Below, in pieces: positions 1-13,607 of a DNA stretch of 64,000 nucleotides (position 1 is its first letter; each line of letters opens with the position of its first letter). This DNA comes from Macrostomum lignano (Eukaryota), in the NCBI GenBank assembly GCA_002269645.1, contig NIVC01000761.1:95152-159151 (forward strand), given 5' to 3'. Made by a program: the position numbers and the translations under genes. The notes under the pieces are model-generated. The model was given only the letters and a program-made list of their open reading frames with translations. It searched no databases and was not told the DNA's origin.

Positions 1-40
1 CAAATGCAGCTTGTATTGAGTTAGTAGACACTCCTGTCAC

Positions 41-436
41 TTAGGTGGACACCTGTATCTCTTACATGTAGGTAGACACCCCCTGTTTCTTAGGTGGACA
101 ATACCGGTCTCTTTTGTGGACACCCCATGTCTCTTAGTTGAACAATCCATGCCTCTTAGGTGGAAAATCTCTGTCTCTTAGGTGGACACCCCTGTCTCTT
201 ATGTGGACACCCCTGTCTCTTATGTGGACACCCCTGTCTCTTATGTGGACACCCCTGTCTCTTATGTGGACACCCCTGTCTCTTATGTGGACACCCCTGT
301 CTCTTATGTGGACACCCCTGTCTCTTATGTGGACACCCCTGTCTCTTATGTGGACACCCCTGTCTCTTATGTGGACACCCCTGTCTCTTATGTGGACACC
401 CCTGTCTCTTATGTGGAAAACCCTGTCTCTTTTAAC
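41..436. repeat. 21-bp minisatellite GTGGACACCCCTGTCTCTTAT
   Basis: Tandem copies; block 1-436 recurs at 1922-2356. Confidence 0.95.
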
Positions 437-461
437 TAGATAGACAGACAGACAGACAGAC

Positions 462-496
<35 letters not shown>

Positions 497-505
497 CACA
501 GACAC

Positions 506-568
<63 letters not shown>

Positions 569-577
569 CACAGACAC

Positions 578-616
<39 letters not shown>

Positions 617-645
617 CTAAGACAGACAGACAGACAGACAGACAG
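437..645. repeat. (GACA)n microsatellite in CAP intron 1
   Basis: Direct reading. Confidence 0.95.
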
Positions 646-650
646 CTCAC

Positions 651-818
651 CAAATAGTTGATGTTGGCACCCTGAGGGTAGGCGGACGTTCTCAGCCGGT
701 TATGAGCTCTGGCCGCCTCCGTCTTCTGCTCGGGTGTGAGCATCAATCCAGTGACCAGGTGACTCCAGACGCCCAGCAGCAGCAGGGCCGGAACTCGAAT
801 CATCAGCAGCTCCATCAT
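651..818 (-). CDS. CAP/SCP (venom-allergen/PR-1-like) secreted protein, exon 1; gene continues off the left edge
   Basis: [24 protein letters not shown] signal peptide followed by [30 protein letters not shown] (CAP HN-x-x-R and P-x-x-AN-x-x-x-L motifs); phase-0 GTGAGC donor at 650-645. Confidence 0.8.
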
Positions 819-1131
819 GTTGCCGAGCGACAGCTGGGGGCGCTGGCTGGATCGCAGCAGCCTAAAATAGGCTCTCAGTTTGGCCAAGATTTCCAGCTGC
901 CGCTGATTGGCAGAGACGAGAAGACGGGGGCGCCGATGTCTGTGTAGAGTTTTCTGCCGTCTCCATGGCAACCTGCAATTATACAGCGGCGGCATGATTT
1001 TTATTGCTTTCTAAAAGTCCCTAGCCGACAAAGTCTGGGCAAGGACTACACAGACCCAGGACTTGGAGCAGCAACTCTTTTCCAATGCCCAACCCTTCAA
1101 ATTTCCCCGGACACTTTAGTCTATTTACACA

Positions 1132-1460
1132 TTGGAATGGCGCCTCTCACCTGTAAAACACATGGGAATGGCGCCTCTCACCTGTTAGAAAACGTGGGAA
1201 TGGCGCCTCTCACCTGTAAAACACATTGGAATGGCGCCTCTCACCTGTAAAACACATTGGAATGGCGCCTCTCACCTGTTAGAAAACGTGGGAATGGCGC
1301 CTCTCACCTTTAAAACACATGGGAATGGCGCCTCTCACCTGTTATAAAACGTGGGAATGGCGTCTCTCACCTGTAAAACACATTGGAATGGCGCCTCTCA
1401 CCTGTTAGAAAACGTGGGAATGGCGCCTCTCACCTGTAAAACACATGGGAATGGCGCTTC
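1132..1460. repeat. ~30-bp minisatellite GGAATGGCGCCTCTCACCTGT(AAAACACAT/TAGAAAACGT)
   Basis: Tandem copies; same family as 3877-4265. Confidence 0.95.
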
Positions 1461-1625
1461 CTAGGCATGTACACTTCACTGTGCCTTAAGGGGTTGGCCC
1501 TCAAGCCCATTAATTGCACGAGCAGAGCCAAGCCGAGATTCCAATTTAGCCCCAAATTAGTACGACTGCACTTGGAATCGAGCCTGGGCCGCTGGCTTAT
1601 CGGAGCGCCGCACCAGACCACTGGT
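1461..1625. repeat. Dispersed repeat; second copy at ~51925-52265
   Basis: Shared TAGGCATGTACAC...CCAATTTAGCCCCAAATTA...CGACTGCACTTGGAATCGAGCCTGGGCCGCTGGC. Confidence 0.8.
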
Positions 1626-1959
1626 CTAGGAGCAGCCTTGCATGCCAGAGAAAGTTTTGCTCCATAATTACGCAATTAATGCTCTATAATTGCAGTGCTC
1701 AGAGCCAGTTAAACATCACTTTGTCTGGTCTTGCATCGGCTATTCAGTCCTGCCATTCAGAATGGAAACATCAACTCAGAGTGGAATAGCTGAAGTGAAT
1801 GCTTTCGCTTGCATCTGCAAAGTACTGCTCTGTCAAGGTGGTCTCAGAATAGAAATTGGAGTCATGGTTTAAGTAAGTCTTCTCATTCCAAGATGAGATG
1901 TTAACTATGACTTGGCCGTGTCAAATGCAGCTTGTATTGAGTTAGTAGACACTCCTGTC

Positions 1960-3450
1960 ACTTAGGTGGACACCTGTATCTCTTACATGTAGGTAGACAC
2001 CCCTGTTTCTTAGGTGGACAATACCGGTCTCTTTTGTGGACACCCCATGTCTCTTAGTTGAACAATCCATGCCTCTTAGGTGGAAAATCTCTGTCTCTTA
2101 GGTGGACACCCCTGTCTCTTATGTGGACACCCCTGTCTCTTATGTGGACACCCCTGTCTCTTATGTGGACACCCCTGTCTCTTATGTGGACACCCCTGTC
2201 TCTTATGTGGACACCCCTGTCTCTTATGTGGACACCCCTGTCTCTTATGTGGACACCCCTGTCTCTTATGTGGACACCCCTGTCTCTTATGTGGACACCC
2301 CTGTCTCTTATGTGGACACCCCTGTCTCTTATGTGGAAAACCCTGTCTCTTTTAACTGGACACCCCATGTCTCCTAGGTGCTAGGTGGACACCCCTGTCT
2401 CCTAAGTGGACAATCTCTGTCTCCTAAGTGGACAATCTCTGTCTCCTAGGTGGACAATCCATGTCTCTTAGGTGGACAATCTCTGTCTCCTAGGTGGACA
2501 ATCCCTGTCTCCTAGGTGGACAATCCATGTCTCTTAGGTGGACAATCTCTGTCTCCTAGGTGGACAATCCCTGTCTCCTAGGTGGACAATCTCTGTCTCC
2601 TAGGTGGACAATCCCTGTCTCCTAGGTGGACAATCTCTGTCTCCTAGGTGGACAATCCCTGGCTCTTAGGTGGAAAATCTCTGTCTTCTAGGTGGACAAT
2701 CCCATTCTCCTAGGTGGACAATCCCTGTCTCCTAGGTGGACACCCCTGTCTCTTATGTGGAAAACCCTGTCTCTTAACTGGACACCCCATGTCTCCTAGG
2801 TGCTAGGTGGACACCCCTGTCTCTTATGTGGAAAACCCTGTCACTTTTAACTGGACACCCCATGTCTCCTAGGTGCTAGGTGGACACCCCTGTCTCCTAA
2901 GTGGACAATCTCTGTCTCCTAAGTGGACAATCTCTGTCTCCTAGGTGGACAATCCATGTCTCTTAGGTGGACAATCTCTGTCTCCTAGGTGGACAATCCC
3001 TGTCTCCTAGGTGGACAATCCCTGTCTCCTAGGTGGACAATCCCTGTCTCTTAGGTGGACAATCCCTGTCTCCTAGGTGGACAATCCCTGTCTCTTAGGT
3101 GGACAATCTCTGTCTCCTAGGTGGACAATCCCTGTCTCCTAAATGGACAATCCATGTCTCTTAGGGAAACCCCTGTCTCTTAGGGGTGGACAACCGGTCT
3201 GTTAGGTGGACAACCCCTGTCTCCTAGGTGGACAATCCCTGTCTCCTAAATGGACAATCCATGTCTCTTAGGGAAACCCCTGTCTCTTAGGGGTGGACAA
3301 CCGGTCTGTTAGGTGGACAACCCCTGTCTCCTAGGTGGACAATCCCTGTCTCTTAGGGCAACCCCTGTCTCTTAGGGCAACCCCTGTCTCTTAGGGGTGG
3401 ACAACCTGTCTGTTAGGTGGACAACCCCTGTCTCCTAGGTGGACACCACA
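1960..3450. repeat. 21-bp minisatellite (AGGTGGACA...CTGTCTC family) with higher-order duplications
   Basis: Tandem copies; sub-block TTAACTGGACACCCCATGTCTCCTAGGTGCTAGG recurs three times. Confidence 0.95.
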
Positions 3451-3876
3451 TACGTCTTTCTTTGACACCTTCTGGTTCTTTGGTGAACGAATTTTAAGGT
3501 CAATGCACTTTTTGTGGGCGATTGTCGGACCAACACTCCAGATGCTGCTCCAGTGCTCCCTGACTCAGCCTCCCTCTTGTCCCATCAGACAATTGCCACC
3601 CGTTATGTCCACCTGACGCCAACAAGTCTGACAGAGAGCAGAAATATTACACTTAATAATTGTCTGTCAAACAAAATGCCAGAACTCTCGTTGCGTTCCC
3701 AGCTTATCCTCTGCTCCTCTTCCCTTTTTACCGAGAGGGATTTTTTGTAAAACTACATCCCGCAGGCTGCCACATTTAGATTTGGTACACGAGAACTGCT
3801 AATTTTACTAATAAAACCTTAAAACTATCTTGCTTTCTTCTTTTGTATCGGCTTTAAATATAAGTACACAAAAATA

Positions 3877-4265
3877 ATGGCGCCTCTCGCACCTGTTAGA
3901 AAACGTGGGAATGGCGCCTCTCACCTTTGAGAACACATGGGAATGGCGCCTCTCACCTGCTTAGAACACATGGGAATGGCGCCTCTCACCTGTGAGAAGA
4001 CATGGGAATGGCGCCTCTCACCTGTTTAGAACACATGGGAATGGCGCCTCTCACCTGTTTAGAACACATGGGAATGGCGCCTCTCACCTGTTTAGAACAC
4101 ATGGGAATGGCGCCTCTCACCTGTTTAGAACACATGGGAATGGCGCCTCTCACCTGTTTAGAACACATGGGAATGGCGCCTCTCACCTGTTTAGAACACA
4201 TGGGAATGGCGCCTCTCATGTGTTCGAGACATGTAAGTTGCGCCTGTTAAGTGGTTCCTCGCACC
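3877..4265. repeat. 30-bp minisatellite GGAATGGCGCCTCTCACCTGTTTAGAACACATG family
   Basis: Tandem copies. Confidence 0.95.
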
Positions 4266-4519
4266 TGTTAGATCTGATAGCGTTAGCGTATTATGCTTGA
4301 GTCGAAGTCTCAAGCATACTAAAAACTAAATGGGAGGAATTTTTTAGACAATTAATTCTAGTTAATTGGTGCACTAATTAGTGACTGTCTCCAATTAATT
4401 TGACCAGAGAACATCAATTTTCTTTCGTCTAACGACAATTGATGAGGAGGTCAAAGCTGTCAAAAGCTTATGCACGCTAAATTAAATTCAATACTGTAGC
4501 TACTGAGATCTGAGATGAC

Positions 4520-4735
4520 TGATGACAGATGACAGGTAGGAGATGAGAAATGACAGATAATAGATGAGAGTTTATAGATAAGGATGAGAGATTAGAGATT
4601 AGGGATGATATATTTGAGATGAAATATAATAGAGAAGAGAGAAGAGAGGAGAGAGAAGAGAGGAGAGAGGAGATATGAGAGATGAGAGAGGAGATATGAG
4701 AGAGGAGAGAGGACAGAGGAGAGAGGAGGACGAAG
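4520..4735. repeat. GA-rich low-complexity tract
   Basis: Direct reading. Confidence 0.8.
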
Positions 4736-5407
4736 TACAAAGGAGAGAGGCTAGGAAGGGGGGGGAGAGCTCAGGCAGAGGAGGAGTGCAGCTAACAGAC
4801 ATTGCCAGAGCACAGCAGACCACAGCAGACCACATCAGACACCAGCCAAGTTACCGGACCCCCAAATTAAAGCTTCACGGACATTGCTAGAAGTCCAGAT
4901 GGACCCAGCTCAGAGCCCATCATAATCTGTACAAATCTGTACTGAAAAATAAATCTAAAAATTGGTCCTTTTCGGTAGAGAGAGAAAGACGTGACCTCTC
5001 CACGCCACCCCTCGATTGCGGTGCGTCATAAACGGGGTTTATTATCAACGCTACGTGCCAAGCTGGAGCAAAAGTCTACAGCGTGAGATGCAGAGAATTA
5101 AAATGGAATATTTCTAGGCACGATGCCTTAAGCTTTTTTATCCCAAATTGTAGCTACAGAGTCGTGGGAGTCCACTTTTTGTTATACGAATTAATGAATA
5201 AGTGCAGTTGGCATGGCTGAGTAAATTCTGCATCAAGTAAAGAGCAATTTTCTATTAACTGACGAACTCCAAGCTCTGGACTTTTCAGGCATTTAGTATG
5301 CTCGTTAGTTGTTAGGGGGCTAGGGGGACACTATGAGCACACGCTATTCGCATTCACAGTGGTCCTGAATTTCTCATTACACACTCCTACATACAGGCAC
5401 ATTAAAT

Positions 5408-5670
5408 GGAAATAGCGCTAGAAATGGCGCTGGAAATGGCGCTAGAGATGGCGCTAGAGGTAGCGCTAGAAATGGCGCTAGAAATGGCGCTGGAAATGGC
5501 GCTAGAGTTGGCGCTAAAAATGGCACTAGAAACGGCACTAGAAATGGCGCTACAGGTGGCGCTAGAAATGGCGCTAGAAATGGCACTAGAGTTGGCGCTA
5601 GAAAAAAGGCACTTGAGTTGGCGCTAGAAATGGCGCTACAAACTGGCGCCAGAAAATTATCATTGGCGCT
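5408..5670. repeat. 12-bp minisatellite GGCGCTAGAAAT
   Basis: Tandem copies. Confidence 0.9.
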
Positions 5671-5989
5671 AAAAGTCTCGTTTCCATGAAGAAGCATCGT
5701 TAATTCTAAAAGCCATTTAATTTGCTGCTTCCTGTCAACCATTTCCACAACAATGGCCAGGCCGTGCGGGGACAAAACACCAAAGCAGCCAAGCTGCTGC
5801 ATTCACTTTCACATCTTGCAGCTGCAGGCTTCCGCCGAGCACTCGGCAACAACGGTTTGCTGGGCAAAATGCAAGAATTTCTCTATCGCCCTTCATCTGC
5901 TGCACTCAGCCTCTCTCCGCTCAATTGCTAGAAATTCTGCCGTTCTTGCATGTTTATGTCTCTTTCTCTGCATTTGTCTCCTGCTCCCT

Positions 5990-6355
5990 AAATCTCTCTC
6001 CCTACATCTCTCTCCTTACATCTTTCCCTACATCTCTCTCCCTACATCTCTCTCCTTACATCTATCTCCCTACATCTCTCTCCCTACATCGCTCTACTTT
6101 CATCTATCTCCCTACATCTCTCTCCTTACATCTCTCTCCCTACACCTATCTCTCACTAAATCTCTATCAACAGCTCTTTCCCTACATCTATCTCTCCCTA
6201 CAACTCTCTCTCTACATCTAGACATCTCCTTACATCTCTCTCTTTACATCTCTCTCTACATGCCTCTCCCTACGTATCTCTCCCGACATCCCTCTACCCC
6301 GACATCAATATCTCCCTACATCGCTCGCCCTAAATCTCTCTTTACATGTCTCTCC
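5990..6355. repeat. CTACATCTCTCTC-type degenerate minisatellite
   Basis: Tandem copies. Confidence 0.85.
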
Positions 6356-6685
6356 GTAGGTAGGTCAATGGTTGGCATCGCCCACTTCTCTCTCTCGCCT
6401 CAGCTGCGCCCGCTGCTCCCGCTCCCTGCACGCCCGCCTCTTCCCCTTTCTCTATCCGTTTCTGCATTTTTCATCGCTTTTTACAAGAAAAAGATAATGC
6501 AATATTCATCATTCTACAAGTTATAGATTGAAGCCAACGTGTAAGCACTTTTTTAGAATTATTTTGTCAGAAACACTAGCAAAAAAATACATAGACCTCA
6601 AGCTAGCTGCATTCTATGTGAATTTTGTTCTTAGTTTAGCTGTGTATTGCAAAATTTCAGGAGAGGATGAACGAACAGTCATAGC

Positions 6686-7090
<405 letters not shown>

Positions 7091-7814
7091 AGCAGAAAGC
7101 AGCAATTCTGCTCTCAAAGAAGCAGAATAAAAGGAAGCCGACAGAGAATTAATGGCCCGGCAAGGACGCACAGAAAGAGAAAGTGTTCAGCAAACATTAC
7201 GAGAAGAAACACAGCTGCTAGGAAGGTGGGTTGGTTTGCAGTCGGCAATTAGCAATTTCATTCATTGTCTTTAAGGTCGGGAAGAGAGGCGGCTTTCTTT
7301 GAGAGCGGCTGGTGGCTGCGGTAGAGCTGGAGAACGCGTCTGAGAAAGCAGACGGTTGCACGCTGCGAGCTGCTCCGCCAGTCCGCCAGTGGGGCTCTGC
7401 AGATCCGGGACTGGAATGAAAGAACAATAATTACATTGTTCACGACGAAGTCAGTCACAATGGATGGAGAGGGAAGGAAGTTGATTACAAAAAAGCTGCA
7501 TAGTAAGTGATTACAATAGACGCGAAGGGAAAGTTCATGTATAGCTGTCTGTCTACTCTTGGTAGAGATAGGGATGGATTGAATGAGGGTAAGAGGGGTG
7601 GAGTACGAAATGGTTTGTTAATGATTTATAAAACTGCCTGTCAATTAATTTTACAATCGCAGCTGTGCTTGCCCTCTTGCCCTGGTTGAAACGTCGATGT
7701 CTCGCAGACAAAAGTGCTAAAATTAATCGATTGCATTGAATCCGTGATCAGTTTTTGGAGACTGAGTAATGAGGCATTCCTGAAACTTAGTGCTTAAGTG
7801 ACCAACCCCCAAGG

Positions 7815-8630
7815 CAGGGTGAGAGCGGGTAGACAAGGTAGGGTGAGAGTGGGTAGACAAGGGATGGTGAGAGCGGGTAGACAAGGGATGGTGAGAGTGG
7901 GTAGACAAGGTAGGGTGAGAGTGGGTAGACAAGGGATGGTGAGAGTGGGTAGACAAGGTAGGGTGAGAGTGGGTAGACAAGGTAGGGTGAGAGTGGGTAG
8001 ACAAGGGATGGTGAGAGCGGGTAGACAAGGGATGGTGAGAGTGGGTAGACAAGGTAGGGTGAGAGTGGGTAGACAAGGGATGGTGAGAGTGGGTAGACAA
8101 GGTAGGGTGAGAGTGGGTAGACAAGGTAGGGTGAGAGTGGGTAGACAAGGGATGGTGAGAGCGGGTAGACAAGGGATGGTGAGAGTGGGTAGACAAGGTA
8201 GGGTGAGAGTGGGTAGACAAGGGATGGTGAGAGTGGGTAGACAAGGTAGGGTGAGAGTGGGTAGACAAGGTAGGGTGAGAGTGGGTAGACAAGGGATGGT
8301 GAGAGCGGGTAGACAAGGGATGGTGAGAGTGGGTAGACAAGGTAGGGTGAGAGTGGGTAGACAAGGTAGGGTGAGAGTGGGTAGACAAGGTAGGGTGAGA
8401 GTGGGTAGACAAGGTAGGGTGAGAGTGGGTAGACAAGGGATGGTGAGAGCGGGTAGACAAGGTAGGGTGAGAGTGGGTAGACAAGGTAGGGTGAGAGTGG
8501 GTAGACAAGGTAGGGTGAGAGTGGGTAGACAAGGGAGGGTGGGAGCGGGTAGACAAGGGAGGGTGGGAGCGGGTAGACAAGGGAGGGTGGGAGCGGGTAG
8601 ACAAGGGAGGGTGGGAGCGGGTAGACAGGG
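7815..8630. repeat. 24-bp minisatellite GTGGGTAGACAAGGTAGGGTGAGA
   Basis: Tandem copies with alternating variants. Confidence 0.95.
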
Positions 8631-9239
8631 AGGATGGGAACGTGAGGAAGGAAAAAATGGGGGTGATGAGTGATGAGCAGGAACGATGATCGCATTGAAG
8701 AGCCACTGTCAGTTGTCAATGTCAGTTGTCAACCAGTCAGCCTAATAGTCGGGGATGGCAATAATGGCTAAAATTGATAAAGCATTAATGAGGAATTGTT
8801 GTGGAAGCAGATGAACGGCTGCTGGGGGGGGGGGTGGGCACCATTGAGACTGAGAACAAAAGAGACTACAGGTGTACAGATAGACAGACAAGCTCAGAAG
8901 TTTCTGGCTTATGACTTTGTGTCGCCTCTAGGAGGAAGTGTTAATGCTTCGTTGGGCGCATGTGTGATGCTTTTTCAAACATTTCCCATTTTCCTAAAGA
9001 GGATCAGTGAAATACCCAATATATATCCTAACTAGTGCAGTAAAAAGTCTTACAAAAAAGTTGTCTGGATGCCTAAAGCTTTTCTTTAAATAGTACTAAC
9101 TTTGCCAGTAGTATGACGAGAAAGTGTTAGTACATTTGGTAAAATATTTTTTTATATTTAATATTATGAAGTTCTATTTCACAAGCACAGTATTTGCTCA
9201 GCTCATTCTTTTCATTTGTCATCGTCACAAAGTTATTAT

Positions 9240-9575
9240 CTCACTGTTTCCAAGATCCAATCTCACTATCTCTCAGATCCCATCTCATTGTCTTTCCAAA
9301 TCTCCCATCTCACTGTGTCCCCAAATCTCCCATCTCACTGTCCTCCCAATTCTCCCATGCATCTCACTGTCTCCCCAAATCTCCCATCTCACTGTCCTCC
9401 CAAATCTCCCATGCATCTCACTGTCTCCCCAAATCTCCCATCTCCCTGTCTCCCCAAATCTCCCATGCATCTCACTGTCTCCCCAAATCCCCCATCTCCC
9501 TGTCTCCCCAAATATCCCATCTCCCTGTTTCCCAAATCTCCTATCTTCCTGTCTCCTCAAATCTCTCATCTCACT
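9240..9575. repeat. CTCCCATCTCACTGTCTCCCCAAAT-type minisatellite
   Basis: Tandem copies. Confidence 0.85.
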
Positions 9576-10770
9576 GCGAATGGCCTCTCCTAGCTTCAAT
9601 CTCAGTTTTACTTGAGTCTTTAATCGCTTTCTAAAATAAAAAGAAGCTTTAAGAGTCACATTGGCCACGGTTAAAAATTCAATTAACAGACCAGGAAATT
9701 CGATCCAAAATCCATTAGTTTTCTTACTTACTGAACCAAGGAAGGACAAGGGATAAGGATAGCTGAGAATCGAACTGGACTGGAAACAAGGCAAACCAAC
9801 AGAAAGCCCATACACAACTAACACAACATAAGCTTAATTGATATGGATTATGATCTAGCAAACAATAATTCTATTCTAGAATGTCGAGAATGCAACCTGT
9901 AGCAAAAAAGAGAAAAGGAACAAGATGGAGCCCTTTACTGTATGCGGACTGACCTACGCAATGTATTGTGGTTAAAATTTTAGTAGCTAATAGAATTAAA
10001 AAGAAAACTACGAGTATAAACATTATATTTTATTTAGAGCGATTAACAAGAATCACGATTAAATTGAACAGCGTAAGAAACGAAAACAAACTGGGCTAAC
10101 ATTCTAACGGAGAGGGCCCAGCCACTTACGTGTACGCTCGTATTATTTAATTTAGTTTAATAATCCATGTACTTTAATTAAATAACAGGGGTTGGGGTGG
10201 TGGGTGCACTGATAACGGACGGGGGAGTCAGGGGGACGAGGGACAGACAGAAAAACAAGACGGGGCAAAGTGATAAGGCCAATGGGGTTAGAAAAATAGG
10301 TGGCTGGCGCGCGCGCGCAGAGGGGTAAGCGGGAGGGTTCATGCAAGAAAATCGATAAAATTCATGCAAGAATGTCCACATCCACCACACCGAAAAAGAG
10401 ACCTCAATTATCGTCTGAATTCCGTTAAGCGACCGCTGTGCGATCAGCACAGTCGATCAGTGCAGATTTCACTTTCCAAGAAAGCAGTGATTGGAGGTGA
10501 GGGCCTTTCCAATCCAGACGCAACAGCAGTCCTTGTACTTCAAAGCCCCCGGCCGATCCCGCTCACTCAATTCCTCTCCTCCCCTCGTCAAATTGGAAGC
10601 GAGCTGAGGGACTCCATTTTAAAAGTTGCTGATCTTCAATTGGCTACAAAACATCTCAAGTTAAAACAACTTTGTAAGTTCCACGTTTTTAAGACCCAGC
10701 CTTTTTAAAAAAATAATTCCTAATTTGCTAGATTCATATTGTTGCAAAAATAAACCTCAAACAGCCCACA

Positions 10771-13607
10771 ATGCAGTATTCTGGTCAGCAACAATTTACA
10801 CCAGGCTCAATTCTCTTGACAGTGCCTATGCATATGCAGTACCAGAAGTCTGACTGGCAGTTGTCCAACTGGACCAGTCCCTTGTGGTGGCGTCATCGGC
10901 AGCTGATGATTGGACTGCAGCAGCAGCAGCGCCCACTTCAGCAGATCTGTGTGCAGACGACAGCTATGGACTCAATGCTTCATTTGACTCCAACCAACTT
11001 TCAACCCAGTCAGCAGTTGATCGCAACCACATCGGTGGCAGCTTCGGATTCGCCCATGATGATGACGTCTACGTCTACTGATGCTCAAGGACGCGACTAT
11101 GCACCGCTGGATCTGTGAGCAATCGATATTTTTTGTGATTGATTGTAGAAATAGCTAAACAAGTAAAAATTTAACGGCCTCAAAGACTACCAAGAGTAGT
11201 TCACCGATTTCAAGTCTCTTAGTCTTATGCTAGGGCGCCAACAACAACAAGCATGTGTCTTTATAGGGCGCCAACATTCCAACAACAACAAGCATGTGTC
11301 TTTATAGGGCGCCAACATTCCAACAACAACAAGCATGTGTCTTAGGGCGCCAACAACAAGCGTCTGGGCGCCAACAACAACAAGCATGTGTCTTTATACG
11401 GCGCCAACATTCCAACAACAACAAGCATGTGTCTTAGGGCGCCAACAACAAGCGTCTGGGCGCCTACAACAACAAGCACGTGTTTTAGGGCGCCAACAAC
11501 AACTAGCCTGTGTTTTAGGGCGCCAACGCCAACAACAACTAGCCTGTGTTTTAGGGCGCCAACGCCAACAACAACTAGCCTGTGTTTTAGCGCGCCAACG
11601 CCAGCAACAACTAGCCTGTGTTTTAGGGCGCCAACGCCAACAACAACTAGCCTGTGTTTTAGGGCGCCAACGCCAACAACAACTAGCCTGTGTTTTAGGG
11701 CGCCAACGCCAACAACAACTAGCCTGTGTTTTAGGGCGCCAACGCCAACAACAACTAGCCTGTGTTTTAGGGCGCCAACAACAACAACAACTAGCCTGTG
11801 TTTTAGGGCGCCAACAACAACAAGCTTGTGTCTTAGGGCGCCAACAACAATCTTGTGTCTTAGGGCGCCGAAAAGCCTGTGTTAAAGTTTAAGTGTCTTG
11901 GGCGCCAAATTGAATCATAAGCGTTTATAAGCATCGATCAAATTTCTGTCAATCCTCCCCACGCCCCATCCAGTCGACTTCGAAAGAAATCCGAGACCGA
12001 GGCGCACCAATCGGCAGAGAACCGGGATCCCGCGCTGAAGACCCGCCGCCATCCGTGTCAGCAGTGCGGCAGGCACTTCTCCACCGTCAGCAATCTCAGA
12101 CGGCACAGTCAGACGCACAGGAAATTCGACAGCGATCTGGCTAAAAGCTGCCAGCACTGCGGCAAGCTGTACGTGTCCATGCCGGCCCTATCGATGCACC
12201 TGCTCACGCACAGCCTGCAGCATCAGTGCCGCATCTGCGACAAGAGATTTAGTCGGCCCTGGCTGCTCAATGGGCACATGAGGAGCCACACAGGTGACTG
12301 TGCTAGCAGCCAGATTGCGGATAGGATATTGTGCATTGGTTGCAATCTGCTTCACAATTTGCCTCCCACTCTCCCTCTCACTCTCCCTCTCACTCTCCCT
12401 GACCCAATCTCCCTCTCACTCTCCCCCACACTCTCCCTGACCCAATCTCCCTCTCACTCTCCCTCACACTCTCCCTGACCCGATCTCCCTCTCACTCTCC
12501 CTGACCCAATCTCCCTCTCACTCTCCCTGACCCAATCTCCCTCTCACTCTCCCTCTCACTCTCCCTGACCCAATCACCCTCTCACTCTCCCTCTCACTCT
12601 CCCTGACCCAATCTTCCTCTCACTCTCCCTCCCACTCTCCCTGTCACTCTCCCTCTCACTCTCACTGACCCTGTCTCCCTCTCACTCTCCCTGACCCTGT
12701 CTCCATCTTACTCTCACTGTCTCCCTCTCACTATCACTTCCCCTGTATTCCTCTCACTTTCACTGTCGGCATCTCACTCTCACTATATTTCTTTCACTCT
12801 CCCTGTCTCCTTCTCACTCCCTTTCACTCTCCCTGTCTCCTTCTCACTCCCTTTCACTCTCCCTGTCTCCTTCTCACTCCCTTTCACTCTCTCTGTCTCC
12901 TTCTCACTCCCTTTCACCCTCCCTGTCTCCTTCTCACTCCCTTTCACTCTCCCTGTCTCCTTCTCACTCCCTTTCACTCTCCCTGTCTCCTTCTCACTCC
13001 CTTTCACTCTCTCTGTCTCCTTCTCACTCCCTTTCACCCTCCCTGTCTCCTTCTCACTCCCTTTCACTCTCCCTGTCTCCTTCTCACTCCCTTTCACTCT
13101 CCCTGTCTCCTTCTCACTCCCTTTCACTCTCCCTGTCTCCTTCTCACTCCCTTTCACTCTCCCTGTCTCCTTCTCACTCCCTTTCACTCTCCCTGTCTCC
13201 TTCTCACTCCCTTTCACTCTCCCTGTCTCCTTCTCACTCCCTTTCACTCTCCCTGTCTCCTTCTCACTCCCTTTCACTCTCCCTGTCTCCTTCTCACTCC
13301 CTTTCACTCTCCCTGTCTCCTTCTCACTCCCTTTCACTCTCCCTGTCTCCTTCTCACTCCCTTTCACTCTCCCTGTCTCCTTCTCAGTTCTCACTCTCCT
13401 CCCTGTCCCCTCTCCCTCTCTCGTTCTCCTTATCTCCTCAGGCTCACTCCCTCTCACACCGCTAATCTAACATCAATCTACAGTTACCGCATCTCTATTA
13501 CAATTCCCGCAGGCGAAAAACCATTCGAGTGCAGACAGTGCGGCAGGTGCTTCACTGACAGATCCAACCTGAGGTCTCACCAACGAATTCACAATAGAAC
13601 TCGCTAA
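10771..13607 (+). CDS. scrt: Scratch-type Snail-family C2H2 zinc-finger transcription factor (4 fingers)
   Basis: Exons ~10771-11114 (start uncertain), 11974-12293 and 13513-13607 with GT-AG junctions and consistent phases (2, 1). Fingers [65 protein letters not shown]|[26 protein letters not shown]; YVSMPALxMH is typical of Scratch. Confidence 0.9.
11230..11890. repeat. TAGGGCGCCAACAACAAC-type minisatellite in scratch intron 1
   Basis: Tandem copies. Confidence 0.95.
12360..13390. repeat. CT-rich arrays in scratch intron 2 (CTCTCCCTCTCACT type, then 30-bp TTCTCACTCCCTTTCACTCTCCCTGTCTCC)
   Basis: Tandem copies. Confidence 0.95.

Noticed and set aside
1690-1920. Possible CAP exon 2 (SWNEK...) in the duplicated flank
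   Set aside because: No phase-0 acceptor and no CAP motifs follow; frame stops early
4599-5931. Short ORFs with a signal-like start (MWSAVVCC...)
   Set aside because: Run into low-complexity repeats with no supporting splice structure or motif
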